DNA of 64,000 nt from a virus. The stretch lies in IMG/VR virus record IMGVR_UViG_3300047409_000266, positions 32,529 through 96,528 of that record. One strand, 5' to 3'. The translations under genes were made by a program, and so were the position numbers. Shown here piece by piece: positions 45,106 through 54,967 of the stretch. Under the pieces are notes generated by a model. The model searched no databases. It saw only the letters and a program-made list of their open reading frames with translations, and was not told the DNA's origin. The stretch's first letter is position 1, and every line of letters begins with the position of its first letter.

Positions 45106-47801
45106 CGAGCAAAACTACCGGCAATGAGAGCACGCGCTTTAATCTGGATGATACCGAGTGGTATCGCGGCGAGCTTGGCGATGCCACGAACAATTTCAAA
45201 GTTCGCGCCAGTCAGATAGTCAATGTCCCTAAGATCATCACAGGCGGCTCATCGCTGCGCTCTGATGCCAATCGCTGGGGCCAGTACGACATAAACGCCG
45301 CTGAATTCGGCGACATCAACAACAACGCCCGCTCCGTCATTCAGGCCGCGGTCGACTATGGCAAGGCGCAAGGCATTCGACGCCTGCGCATCCCGCGCTC
45401 AGATGCCAACGGCGGGACATGGTTCTTAGATGGGCCAGTGTTCATCGACGATCCGGCCAATCTACGCGCTGGTATTTCGCTGGCCAATCAGAAGCTTGGC
45501 GTCACGGCGGTGCCATCTGTCTTTGACCTCGGCATGGAAGTGATCTGCGATTTCGGCTGCACGTTCTATCCAACGGGAAGCTGGCAGACTGCGCCGATGT
45601 TCTGGATCGGCACCTCGACCGAGAACCGCTTCAGTGGTGCAACGATTATCGGGCCACGCAGCGGTCTTGCGACCGATGTTCGATCGCTAGACCCACGCTG
45701 CACCGGGATTGCAATTGCATCCGGCAATGGCGGCGCTGCCGACACTGTGATCGAGGACTGCTTTATCCGCGACGTCTATTCTGGCGTCACCATGGGGCAG
45801 AACGGCGAAAGCGCGCTGGCCGAAGATAATCGCTTTGTCAATTGCGAGTTTGCAGGCGCCTATGCCATCCGCATTATCAATAGTCAGTCTTTCGCGAACC
45901 TGGTGCAGGGCGGCAACCACACCGGAAAGCTCTATTGCTTCTACAATCAAGGCCAAGATCTCACGATGCTCGACGGCGAGGCTGGGCCCGCCGACCAACA
46001 GAGCGTTCAAATAACCGTCACGGGAGCATCGTCGCTCAATCTATTCACCGACACGCTTCCAGGCGGGGCTAGCTTCACCAACTACACGTTCACGATGAAC
46101 GTCACGCCAAACTCGCTCTATGCGGCGTTGTTGGACGGCACCTACTACTACAATGCAATGGTGATGTTACTGCCGAGCTTCGGCTATGTCCCGTGCGTCC
46201 AGACCGGTTATACGGCCGGCTCCATCACCTACAAGTTCGATCTCGGGTGGCTGTGGTTCCATTTTGGTGAAGAAGTCGCCGCGACAGCAACCGCCATCGC
46301 CACAGAACTTGCAGCCGTCACGACGATCTACGCCGGTCAGCGCGCAACCGTGTGCGCGGGCAAGATAGCTATGGACAACGTCCACATCGAGACCACCCTC
46401 AACTGTGCGCTTTACGAGGGACAGGGCAACGGCGATCGCGCGGTGTTCGAGAATCTGGACATCGTCAATTGGCACCCCGGCGTCACCGACAACGATACGC
46501 CAACCAAAAACATCAATATGCACACTGCTTGGGTCAAGCAGAACAATGGCGACATCATCTTCAAGAACAGCAACCTCATCACGCACCCATCGGATTCGAC
46601 GACCGCGGGCGTGATTATCCAAGGCTACAACGCACCGAACGATCAATCGTTTAATCGCTTTATCGTTCAAAACTGCGTCGGGTTCTCGCGTGCCAACCTG
46701 CGCTACGTCGGCGACGCCACGCCAAATGTAGGTGCGACCTCGCGCGCGCGTGGTCCTGGCTTTGAGAATTCGCTCACGACACAGGCAAACCCAGCGACGA
46801 AAGCATTTGGCTTTGGCGAGATTGATTTCCCGGTGTGGGGCCCTTGCACCGGTGATATGGGCGATCCGTCACTTGCCCGCTTTGCTGGAAATAGGCTCAC
46901 AAAATACTACGGCACGCGCCCGGTTCCTGCCGAGCATGCGCGTCTCACGTCCGCAGACATCACGGCGCTCTCATCTTTAAGCGGCACGCTTCAACAACTG
47001 TGCGGTGGGAGCCTCAATAGCATCGCGCAAATCGGTGGGCAGGGCGCGACCCATGTGATCGACATCGGTGGATCAGGCTTCTCTTGGTACGCCGATCTTA
47101 ATATCAACTGGTCGTATAAGGGCCAGTCGCAGATCGTCAACGTCACGTCGGGCTCCGATCTCATCAAAAATAAGCTCTACAACGGCCTCGAGATCATTCT
47201 CGATAACGGCGGTGGCCCGGTTTCGTACATCATCACCGGCTGCTATCTCGACGACGGATACATTACAGTCTATCGTGCGAGCACGACAAACTCCGTGCTT
47301 GCCGGCGCCAGTGGGACGACATTTACGGGCGCCACTATAAAGCAACGTCGGCCTGTGCTCTCATTCCCGGCACAGACCCGCACCGCGCGCGTCGCGGCAC
47401 AATACGATGTCACCGGCAGCACCACGCCCGCCAATGTTACTGGCCTAGCACTCTATGGCTTTACGGGTGTGGCCTACAAAATCCATGCTGTTTTGTTCAC
47501 GTCCTCCAACACGTCAGGCGGTATCCAGATTCAAATCTCCGGGACCGCGGGCGCGAGCAGCGCACAGACTGAGGGCGTTGTTGTTTCAGGCGGATCAGTC
47601 GTTGGGCAGACACGGGCGACAGCACTTGGCACTCCGTTAGCCGCAATAACCAACGTCAGCACCGCGACTGTCCATATCGACGGCGAAATCACCGTTAGTG
47701 CCACGGGCACGATCACCATTCAGTTTGCGCAGAATGTCTCGAACGGTGCGGCATCGAGCGTGCTCGTGGGCTCCTACGTCGAACTAACCGAAATCCCATA
47801 A
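45102..47801 (+). CDS. tailspike/depolymerase-like protein (right-handed beta-helix)
   Basis: IQAAVD...LRIP...W pectate-lyase-like cap, beta-helix periodicity, S/T-rich C-terminal beta domain. Confidence 0.7.
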   Translation: MTSKTTGNESTRFNLDDTEWYRGELGDATNNFKVRASQIVNVPKIITGGSSLRSDANRWGQYDINAAEFGDINNNARSVIQAAVDYGKAQGIRRLRIPRSDANGGTWFLDGPVFIDDPANLRAGISLANQKLGVTAVPSVFDLGMEVICDFGCTFYPTGSWQTAPMFWIGTSTENRFSGATIIGPRSGLATDVRSLDPRCTGIAIASGNGGAADTVIEDCFIRDVYSGVTMGQNGESALAEDNRFVNCEFAGAYAIRIINSQSFANLVQGGNHTGKLYCFYNQGQDLTMLDGEAGPADQQSVQITVTGASSLNLFTDTLPGGASFTNYTFTMNVTPNSLYAALLDGTYYYNAMVMLLPSFGYVPCVQTGYTAGSITYKFDLGWLWFHFGEEVAATATAIATELAAVTTIYAGQRATVCAGKIAMDNVHIETTLNCALYEGQGNGDRAVFENLDIVNWHPGVTDNDTPTKNINMHTAWVKQNNGDIIFKNSNLITHPSDSTTAGVIIQGYNAPNDQSFNRFIVQNCVGFSRANLRYVGDATPNVGATSRARGPGFENSLTTQANPATKAFGFGEIDFPVWGPCTGDMGDPSLARFAGNRLTKYYGTRPVPAEHARLTSADITALSSLSGTLQQLCGGSLNSIAQIGGQGATHVIDIGGSGFSWYADLNINWSYKGQSQIVNVTSGSDLIKNKLYNGLEIILDNGGGPVSYIITGCYLDDGYITVYRASTTNSVLAGASGTTFTGATIKQRRPVLSFPAQTRTARVAAQYDVTGSTTPANVTGLALYGFTGVAYKIHAVLFTSSNTSGGIQIQISGTAGASSAQTEGVVVSGGSVVGQTRATALGTPLAAITNVSTATVHIDGEITVSATGTITIQFAQNVSNGAASSVLVGSYVELTEIP

Positions 47802-47812
47802 CAGGCCATGTC

Positions 47813-47989
47813 ATGAAGATCGTCATTGCATCGCTCATCTGGGCGATGGCGCCGTTTTATGTGCAAATCCGGCGATCAAAGACCGCATCCCTGTCTGTTG
47901 GTGCCCCGGACAACGCGCTGCTCGCGGAGGACGGCATCACGCCGCTGGTCGCTGAGGACGGCGTAACCGTTCTCATACAGGAAAGCTGA
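47813..47989 (+). CDS. 58-aa adaptor-like peptide
   Basis: Manual translation ...NALLAEDGITPLVAEDGVTVLIQES. Confidence 0.5.
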   Translation: MKIVIASLIWAMAPFYVQIRRSKTASLSVGAPDNALLAEDGITPLVAEDGVTVLIQES

Positions 47990-47992
47990 TCC

Positions 47993-48448
47993 ATGGGCCT
48001 CAAGCTTTCCGCGTTCACGCCATCTCTCGCCAATCTCGCTGCTGGTAATAAGCTCATCGGCGTTGTCGGCGCAAACGATTTCGGCTTTACCGCCGAGCAG
48101 GTTGCGTACTTCATGCGCAACCCGATCGTCGTCGACAAGGGCAACCAAAGCGCCGGCACGCAGACCTTCGACGTTTCGCAGGGCCCAAAACACAAGTTGC
48201 AACTCAGCGGCAATCTCACGATTGCCTTCAGCAACTGGCCAGCATCCGGAACCTACGGCGAAATTGAAATCCGCCTCATCAACGCCGGTACGCACATCAC
48301 TTGGCCGACGATCAATTGGGCGCTCGGCAATGGCGGGTTTTCGACGACATTCACCGATATGGGCGTCACGTTCCTCAATGCCGGATCGAACTTCGCGCTG
48401 ATCTGGTCCGACGATGGAGGCGCAACGCTCTACGGCAGCGCGATATGA
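47993..48448 (+). CDS. putative fibre-associated structural protein
   Basis: LSGNLTIAFSNWP...ITWP...DGGATLYG. Confidence 0.65.
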   Translation: MGLKLSAFTPSLANLAAGNKLIGVVGANDFGFTAEQVAYFMRNPIVVDKGNQSAGTQTFDVSQGPKHKLQLSGNLTIAFSNWPASGTYGEIEIRLINAGTHITWPTINWALGNGGFSTTFTDMGVTFLNAGSNFALIWSDDGGATLYGSAI

Positions 48449-49941
48449 ACAAGAAGTTTTTTCTCAAGCGTAGAGCGACCAACACTGTCCAGCCACCGTC
48501 GTTCGCGACCGCCTTCGGCTTCACCACTCAAGCGTTTTTTGACCATTTCGACTCGATCAGCACGATCGATGTCAACTCAACGGTTGCCCCTGGATTCAAG
48601 TGGTATGTCAATCCGCAACACAAAGGTCCGACGGTTTCTGTTTCTAATTCTATATTGACGCTTGGAAGCGCGACCAGGTCGTCTTTATGGTCAGCGGTCA
48701 ACATTGCAAATGCGTTTGGTGGTGGGAACGGTATTTTCAATCATGGGGCGGTCGGTCAATTATTTTCCGGACTTGACGGTTTTTACATCGAATACAAAGC
48801 CAAATTCAATCCGGCCTTAACGACCGGAAATTCGCAGATCAATCTATGGTCTACGGACTATTTGAATTGGCAATGCAACGCCGTTCCGAACCCACTAGGT
48901 AATTCGAATACGGTTTCCTGGGCGGAAATCGATACTGAAGAAAACGGATTTGGACAGACGCTTCATGGGTTCATTGATCCTGGGTTCAACGACAATATCA
49001 CGAATAGAAGCGTAAATTATACTTCTCCTGGCGGGCCGATCGACTTTTCGCAGTTCCATACATGGGGCTGCTTGATGGCGCCTGGTTCTAAAAATGGCGG
49101 AACTGGACTGTTGCAATTTTTTATTGATCGCGTGCAGAACGGCGCTGATATCACCTGGGCGCCAGGATCACAGACGGGTCTGATAGAGCTCGCGCATCAA
49201 TTTCTCATCATAGAGACGGAGACCAACCAAACGATGCAGATCGATTATGTCGGCCTGTGGAATTCCGGCGCTGGCTGGGACGGGCCGACGACTAATCTGA
49301 CGCATCGCTGGCCGATGAACGATGCGCGCGTCAGCGGCACAACCATCACCGATGTCGTCGGTAGTTTGAATGGCACGGCTGGGTCTGGGATCAGCAGCAC
49401 AATAGGCGCGTTGTGCGATCAAGCCAGACTTGGCGACGGGACGGCGAATAGCCTCATTTCTCTGCCTAGCGGCCCGATCGCTTCATTGACCTCCGCATGG
49501 TCAATCGCCGGTTATGTCAAGCCGAGCAGCATGACCGCATCTGGCGGTGGCAACGCGACGATCTGGAACCTAGACGACGGCACGACGCAAATCCGCCTCG
49601 TCATCGATCACACCGCAACATCGGGCGCTCTCTGCGCGACAAAAAATGGTCCCACGTCGCTGTTCGCGACAGCGGCGGCAGTGTTCTCGCTCAATACCTA
49701 TGACCACTTCATCGTGACCTACAACGGTGCGGGGACATACACGGTCTACCACAGAGGTTTGCCGGTCTCGCTCGGCGGCACTGCCCAGGTGTCGGCACCA
49801 AGCACCGGCAACTGCATCATGGCGCAAAATTCCTCCGGCTTAAATGCGGTTCAGGGTGCTGGTGAGCAATTCGTAACATTCACAAAGGCGCTGACGGCCG
49901 CCGAAGCACTGCAACTTCACAATTCCTACGAACAGAACTGA
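48445..49941 (+). CDS. GH16-like plus LamG/concanavalin-A-like lectin domain protein
   Basis: YIEY, WAEIDTEE (ExDxxE), FHTWG, MQIDYV; C-terminal HRWPMND...KALTAAE. Confidence 0.65.
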   Translation: MNKKFFLKRRATNTVQPPSFATAFGFTTQAFFDHFDSISTIDVNSTVAPGFKWYVNPQHKGPTVSVSNSILTLGSATRSSLWSAVNIANAFGGGNGIFNHGAVGQLFSGLDGFYIEYKAKFNPALTTGNSQINLWSTDYLNWQCNAVPNPLGNSNTVSWAEIDTEENGFGQTLHGFIDPGFNDNITNRSVNYTSPGGPIDFSQFHTWGCLMAPGSKNGGTGLLQFFIDRVQNGADITWAPGSQTGLIELAHQFLIIETETNQTMQIDYVGLWNSGAGWDGPTTNLTHRWPMNDARVSGTTITDVVGSLNGTAGSGISSTIGALCDQARLGDGTANSLISLPSGPIASLTSAWSIAGYVKPSSMTASGGGNATIWNLDDGTTQIRLVIDHTATSGALCATKNGPTSLFATAAAVFSLNTYDHFIVTYNGAGTYTVYHRGLPVSLGGTAQVSAPSTGNCIMAQNSSGLNAVQGAGEQFVTFTKALTAAEALQLHNSYEQN

Positions 49942-49943
49942 CC

Positions 49944-50201
49944 ATGCCAAAATATGAAGTGACTGACAGCCTCGGCAACGTGCACGCCAAGGAGTGCGCC
50001 ACACCATTGAGCCATTGCGTGGTGGCGCGCATGCCCGGCATCGACCCGGTCGCCAATTGGTGCGGCTCGCTCAAGAACGCCAAGCACGTCATCGCCTCGA
50101 TCGCCAAGGCGGGCGGGAACACGGAAGTGCACGGCGTCGTCGCGTTGCCGGAACCGGAGCTGCAGCAGGCACCGCAAGACGATAGCGCCGGGGCGATTTA
50201 A
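49944..50201 (+). CDS. hypothetical protein
   Basis: ORF track. Confidence 0.45.
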   Translation: MPKYEVTDSLGNVHAKECATPLSHCVVARMPGIDPVANWCGSLKNAKHVIASIAKAGGNTEVHGVVALPEPELQQAPQDDSAGAI

Positions 50202-50206
50202 CCCAC

Positions 50207-51049
50207 ATGGCCATCATTCCCGTTGTCGTCGGTTTCCAGCATATCCCGGTCGGCGGCACATGGGTGGCCCCTGGCACTGGCTATTCCAACGAAGCGAGCC
50301 AGTTTTTTAACCGCATCACCGATCCCGGCACGACGAGGAAGAGCCTTTACGCTGCAATGATCGACGGCCTTGTTGCCGATGGTGTGTGGTCTCTGCTCGA
50401 TGCACTTTACATCTTCGCCGCCGATATTTCCGCTAACGGCTTGGCCAATCTCAAATCGTCATCGTTTGGGTTGACTTCGAACGGTGCGATGACGTTCACA
50501 GCGAACGTAGGATACCAGTCGAACAATGTCGGCACATCCAATTTAGATACCGGTTTCGTGCCATCGACGGCGGGCGGACAGTTTGCGCTCAACAGTGCGA
50601 GTCTTGGTGTTTATTCGCTGACCGCCAGCACCACGAGTGGTGCGACAAATGACGCGATTGGTTGCGTAGATACAGGTGCAGCACACCGTTCGTTCTTTAA
50701 TCCCAACAATGGTGGCAACACATTCGAGGGAATTAACCAGGATAGCGGCCAGGGCATCGGGTCAAATACACAGCATCAAGGCATGTGGGTGCTGACGAGA
50801 ACGACTTCCGCCCTGACGACCTGTTACAAAAACGGCACCTCAATCGGAACAGATCCTCTCAATACCGCGTCATCGGCATTGCCGAACCGGTCGATCATGA
50901 TCTTTGCGCGCAATAACACCACGCCAGATCCTTACGCCGATCAAATGTCTGCGGGCTTTATCGGCGGCGGCCTCAACGCGACACAGGCGAGCAATCTCTC
51001 GTCGCGCATTAACACCTACATGACTTCGCTTGGCATCAACGTCTATTAA
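50207..51049 (+). CDS. lectin-like virion protein (paralogue of 54968..55786)
   Basis: Shares GLVADGxWSLLDAL, NGAMTFTAN, PSTAGGQ, IGGGLNA, RINTYMTxLGINVY with the paralogue. Confidence 0.65.
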   Translation: MAIIPVVVGFQHIPVGGTWVAPGTGYSNEASQFFNRITDPGTTRKSLYAAMIDGLVADGVWSLLDALYIFAADISANGLANLKSSSFGLTSNGAMTFTANVGYQSNNVGTSNLDTGFVPSTAGGQFALNSASLGVYSLTASTTSGATNDAIGCVDTGAAHRSFFNPNNGGNTFEGINQDSGQGIGSNTQHQGMWVLTRTTSALTTCYKNGTSIGTDPLNTASSALPNRSIMIFARNNTTPDPYADQMSAGFIGGGLNATQASNLSSRINTYMTSLGINVY

Positions 51050-51126
51050 TTCTCTCGGCTAGTCGGTTGAGAGATGGCCTAACCGCCCGCTGGCCTGGGC
51101 ATTTTGTGTCATAATGGAGATTATCA

Positions 51127-51618
51127 ATGGCACGCGAGTTCTCTATCTCGGCCGGCGGCATCACAGTCGCCGGTGCTACCACCTTAGTCGCGGTAAATCC
51201 GGCAGCGGCTGCGAACTTCAATATTGAATTTCTGCGCTACTGGATTGGTCAATCCGCCAACGCTACTTCGGCACAACAGCGCGTTGAACTGGCCAAGAAG
51301 GCATCGGTGTTTCCGACGTTGACAGCGGCAACCCCGGTCAAGCTGAAGGCAGCCGACCCCAACGCTTCTGTTATCACTGGCGGTACTGCTGGAGCCATCG
51401 GAACTGCAGGCACGAACGCATCGGCCGAAGGCGCCGGCACGCAGACTGTTGAGTGGGATGATGCCTTCAACGTACTCAACGGCTGGCTGCATGTTCCGAC
51501 CCCTCCGGAAACCAAAATCTATCCGGCTGGCCTCGGGAATTCTCTGGAGCTTTATTTCCCGGTCGCACCGAGTACACTAACCAATTGGGCCTTCGGGTTA
51601 ATCTTTAGGGAAGTCTAA
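51127..51618 (+). CDS. putative virion structural protein
   Basis: SD GGAG; A/T/G-rich; followed by hairpin. Confidence 0.6.
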   Translation: MAREFSISAGGITVAGATTLVAVNPAAAANFNIEFLRYWIGQSANATSAQQRVELAKKASVFPTLTAATPVKLKAADPNASVITGGTAGAIGTAGTNASAEGAGTQTVEWDDAFNVLNGWLHVPTPPETKIYPAGLGNSLELYFPVAPSTLTNWAFGLIFREV

Positions 51619-51636
51619 TCGACCTAAAGCACAGAA

Positions 51637-51684
51637 TGGCGGGTACTGGCCAACTTGTGGATCAGTGCCCGCCGTTATGTTTTC
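51637..51684 (+). terminator. possible terminator hairpin
   Basis: ATGGCGGGTACTGG...TCAGTGCCCGCCGT then TATGTTTT. Confidence 0.45.
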
Positions 51685-51713
51685 GTTAACTATGGTGGAG
51701 TTAGGGCATCACC

Positions 51714-52142
51714 ATGTTTGGCATTCAAACCATCCCAACCTTGTTGCCGCAGAGCATTCGTAACCGGCTGAAATATCTGTTCAAGCACGAGAGCTTGCGA
51801 GAAAAGCTTCCGTCGCATCTTACCGGTCGACCACACTACAACCCAGCACAATGCGGGTTCATGGCTCCGGATGAAGATTTTGTCCCGCAGAGTGAACCTG
51901 GAACGGTGTGCCCGCCAGCGTTGGTAATCCGCGACAAAGAAAATGCACTGTGGACTCTTGGTTTTGACCAGGGTTCGCATTGGACTACTGGCGAATTTGA
52001 ATTTGACGTTGTGCGTAACATGCGCAAGACTGGCGCGCGCGCCTGCCGCATCGAGAAGTTATCGAATGGGTACGTCCGCATTTTTGGTTCCTGCGATGGC
52101 TCTCGGCAATGGAGGACGTGGAACGGGCGAGAGTTTGTTTGA
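51714..52142 (+). CDS. hypothetical protein
   Basis: ORF track. Confidence 0.55.
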   Translation: MFGIQTIPTLLPQSIRNRLKYLFKHESLREKLPSHLTGRPHYNPAQCGFMAPDEDFVPQSEPGTVCPPALVIRDKENALWTLGFDQGSHWTTGEFEFDVVRNMRKTGARACRIEKLSNGYVRIFGSCDGSRQWRTWNGREFV

Positions 52143-52762
52143 GCGCTGCACCCGACCTTGTCGGAATTTATACCGATAAGCGAGCGTTCTTGGAGCTGTT
52201 TGAAGAATACTGCGCACCGCGTCTTAATCATCGCGCCGAGACATTCCGCACCGTGTTCAAACTCTTGAACGGACATCCGGCCAGAATCTTTGAGACTGGC
52301 TGCCTGCGCGTACCCGGAAATTGGGAGGGCGATGGGCAATCGACCTTCATGTTCGATCGCTATGTCGAGTCCTACGGCGGCAAGCTTATGTCCATCGACA
52401 TCTCGCCGGAAGCCGTCAAAGCCGCGCAAGAGGTGACATGGAACGCCGAGGTTAATTGCGGCGATAGCGTTGCTTTCCTTAATGCACATTGCCACCGCTA
52501 CTCCGACCCGATCCAGCTTCTCTACCTCGATAGCTGGGATCTCGACGCCAATAACCCGCTGATCGCGGCGCACCACCACATGAACGAGCTTTGTGCGGCT
52601 ATGCCGGCGCTCGACTTCGGATCGATCGTCTTTGTGGATGACACCTGGCGGCACGCCAATGGGAAACCTTTCGGTAAGGGCATGTTGATAGCCGACTTTA
52701 TGGACAAGATTGGTGCCGAACAGATTGCTGAGGGAGAAAACCAATTCGCATGGCGAATGTAG
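52139..52762 (+). CDS. class I SAM-dependent methyltransferase (non-DNA type)
   Basis: IFETGCLR, MSIDIS, GDSVAFL, LLYLDS, VFVDDT, GKG. Confidence 0.8.
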   Translation: MSAAPDLVGIYTDKRAFLELFEEYCAPRLNHRAETFRTVFKLLNGHPARIFETGCLRVPGNWEGDGQSTFMFDRYVESYGGKLMSIDISPEAVKAAQEVTWNAEVNCGDSVAFLNAHCHRYSDPIQLLYLDSWDLDANNPLIAAHHHMNELCAAMPALDFGSIVFVDDTWRHANGKPFGKGMLIADFMDKIGAEQIAEGENQFAWRM

Positions 52763-54207
52763 TGGGCCAACATCCAGAAAAACCCATGGAAATAAATGTT
52801 GCCGTCGCGCTCAAATACAGCGGCGGCCTTATGCGCGCTGGTCAATATGAGGAAGCCGAGCAGCTACTGCGAGCAGCAGTAATGGCGGAGCCAAACGATT
52901 CCAATACGATCCACGCTCTGGCGATGGCTCTGCTCGAGCAAGAAACGCGCGAAAAAAGTGAGGAAGCAGTAGCCCTATTGCAGCATGTTGGGGCGATGCT
53001 CCGTGATGAAATGATTGCGCTCTCCTGCAACATGGGTAAGGCATTGGGTGAGCTTGGGCGCACGAAAGAGGCAATCGCAAGCTTCCAGGGCGTACTGAGG
53101 TCATATCCGAACCATACTGGGGCCCGCTACGGGCGTGGCCTCATGCGCATGCAAGAAGCACATTTCAAAGAGGCTGTTGAAGATTTCGATCAGGTGATTG
53201 CGTCCGAACCGGACAATGGCAAGGCCCTGTTCGCACGGGGCTTTGCTAATCTGGTCCTTGGCAATTATCGGCCCGGTTTCCGCGACTACGAATTCCGCCG
53301 GCACGATCTTATCGACCAGATCGACAAGCCAGAGTGGAAGAGCGATGCCCGTTTATTGCTCGGCAAGACGATCCTAGTGCACGGCGAGCAGGGCCAAGGT
53401 GATAACATCCAGTTCCTGCGCTACATTACTTGGTTCCACAACATCGGGGCTAGGGTTCTTCTTGTCCTCGACCCAAGCATGGCGTCTCTCGCCTCCGATC
53501 TTGGCGTGACGGTCTTGACCACAGATCGCTCGACATGGCCACACTTCGATTGCTGGATCAGAATGATGAGCTTGGCCTATGCCTTCGCCACGACCATGGA
53601 AACCGTGCCGCCGCCATTGCCACTCGGCATCACCGAGAAAGAGACCAACGAATTCTGGGGAACGGTGCCGCTAACGGATGACGTGCGGTATCATCGCGAA
53701 ATGTATGGGCGTAATTCCAACGCGCGGCGCACGCCCAAGGCCATGAAGATCGGCTTGTGCTGGTCTGGTTCTCCGCACAGCCGATATGATTCCTACCGCT
53801 CGATACCGCTCAAATACCTGGAGCCGCTGATCCGGGACAGCAACGCGCGGTTCTACAGTCTGCAGCTTGGATTGCGCGACAGTGACAAGGAGACGTTCTC
53901 GAAGCTCCCGATTACCGATCTATCGCCCAAGCTCAAAAGCTTCCGCGATACAGCGCTCGCGATGGCGGGTCTTGATTTGGTAATTACCGTCGATACGTCT
54001 GTCGCGCATTTGGCTGGCACCGTTGGGGTTCCGACCTGGGTGATGCTCAACTGTTTCCGCACATATTGGGTTTGGATACAAGGGCTTGATTATTCCCCAT
54101 GGTATCCGAGCACAAGAGTCTTTCAGCAAAAAACGAACGGCGATTGGCCGGAACTCATTGGACGTGTGCAGCGCGAACTTCTCGAATTGGCAAAAGTCGC
54201 CGCCTAA
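52750..54207 (+). CDS. TPR-repeat GT9-like glycosyltransferase
   Basis: TPRs then EQGQGDNIQFLRY, IGLCWSGS, VITVDTSVAHLAG, SPWYP. Confidence 0.85.
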   Translation: MANVVGQHPEKPMEINVAVALKYSGGLMRAGQYEEAEQLLRAAVMAEPNDSNTIHALAMALLEQETREKSEEAVALLQHVGAMLRDEMIALSCNMGKALGELGRTKEAIASFQGVLRSYPNHTGARYGRGLMRMQEAHFKEAVEDFDQVIASEPDNGKALFARGFANLVLGNYRPGFRDYEFRRHDLIDQIDKPEWKSDARLLLGKTILVHGEQGQGDNIQFLRYITWFHNIGARVLLVLDPSMASLASDLGVTVLTTDRSTWPHFDCWIRMMSLAYAFATTMETVPPPLPLGITEKETNEFWGTVPLTDDVRYHREMYGRNSNARRTPKAMKIGLCWSGSPHSRYDSYRSIPLKYLEPLIRDSNARFYSLQLGLRDSDKETFSKLPITDLSPKLKSFRDTALAMAGLDLVITVDTSVAHLAGTVGVPTWVMLNCFRTYWVWIQGLDYSPWYPSTRVFQQKTNGDWPELIGRVQRELLELAKVAA

Positions 54208-54225
54208 ACAATCCAGGTTCATCGC

Positions 54226-54897
54226 ATGGGTACGACATATGTGCAGCGAAACGGGCAGCCCCGTTTGCTGGTCAGTAATTTTAGCCCGATCGGCGCACGG
54301 TCAAAGAATATCGGATCGAGTACGAACTTAAACGTCCCCGCGCTGAATTCCATAAAGGGCAACAGTTTGATCGTTGCGCTGTTGTGCTCTGCGTTTGGAC
54401 CGCCTAGCGTCATTCCTAATCCTACAAACTTCACAAGCCGGGATAGTGGCAACGACGCCGCTTTCGCTTGGCGCGTAAGCGATGAACCTCTTGTTGCCGC
54501 CGGTGCCGCAAGCGATCCAGTGTCGGTAGCGATCAGCACTGATCCATGGTCAGGGTTTTTGATCGAGGTAGAGGGCAATGGAAGCGTGCCTAGTTATGTT
54601 AACGCTGGCACGGAGGCAGAAGGTACTAGCACATCCGCCACTGCGGCTCTACCTGGATCGCGTGTCATCGGTAATTTGCTTGTCGCGACCGTGCAGGTTA
54701 CTGGCGGAAATGTTACCTTCGCCAGCGCTGGAGGTGGTTGGACTCTTGAAGATCAAATCACACTCGCCAGTGGCAGTTCGTCCTGTTTTGCATGGCGCTA
54801 TGTGGACAGTTCGGAAGCCGCGCCAACGATCACCGTTGATCTGACAACATGGGGCTGCCGAGTTTACCAATTCTCCAATGTAATTCCGCATCCTTAG
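54226..54897 (+). CDS. putative virion structural protein
   Basis: S/G/A/T-rich; two related halves ending in FAWR. Confidence 0.5.
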   Translation: MGTTYVQRNGQPRLLVSNFSPIGARSKNIGSSTNLNVPALNSIKGNSLIVALLCSAFGPPSVIPNPTNFTSRDSGNDAAFAWRVSDEPLVAAGAASDPVSVAISTDPWSGFLIEVEGNGSVPSYVNAGTEAEGTSTSATAALPGSRVIGNLLVATVQVTGGNVTFASAGGGWTLEDQITLASGSSSCFAWRYVDSSEAAPTITVDLTTWGCRVYQFSNVIPHP

Positions 54898-54967
54898 CAT
54901 TAAACCCCCAGTCATGGCCGCCGATTGACACTGTGGCCCGTCGTGGTCGAGCATCTCGGTGTAGCAC

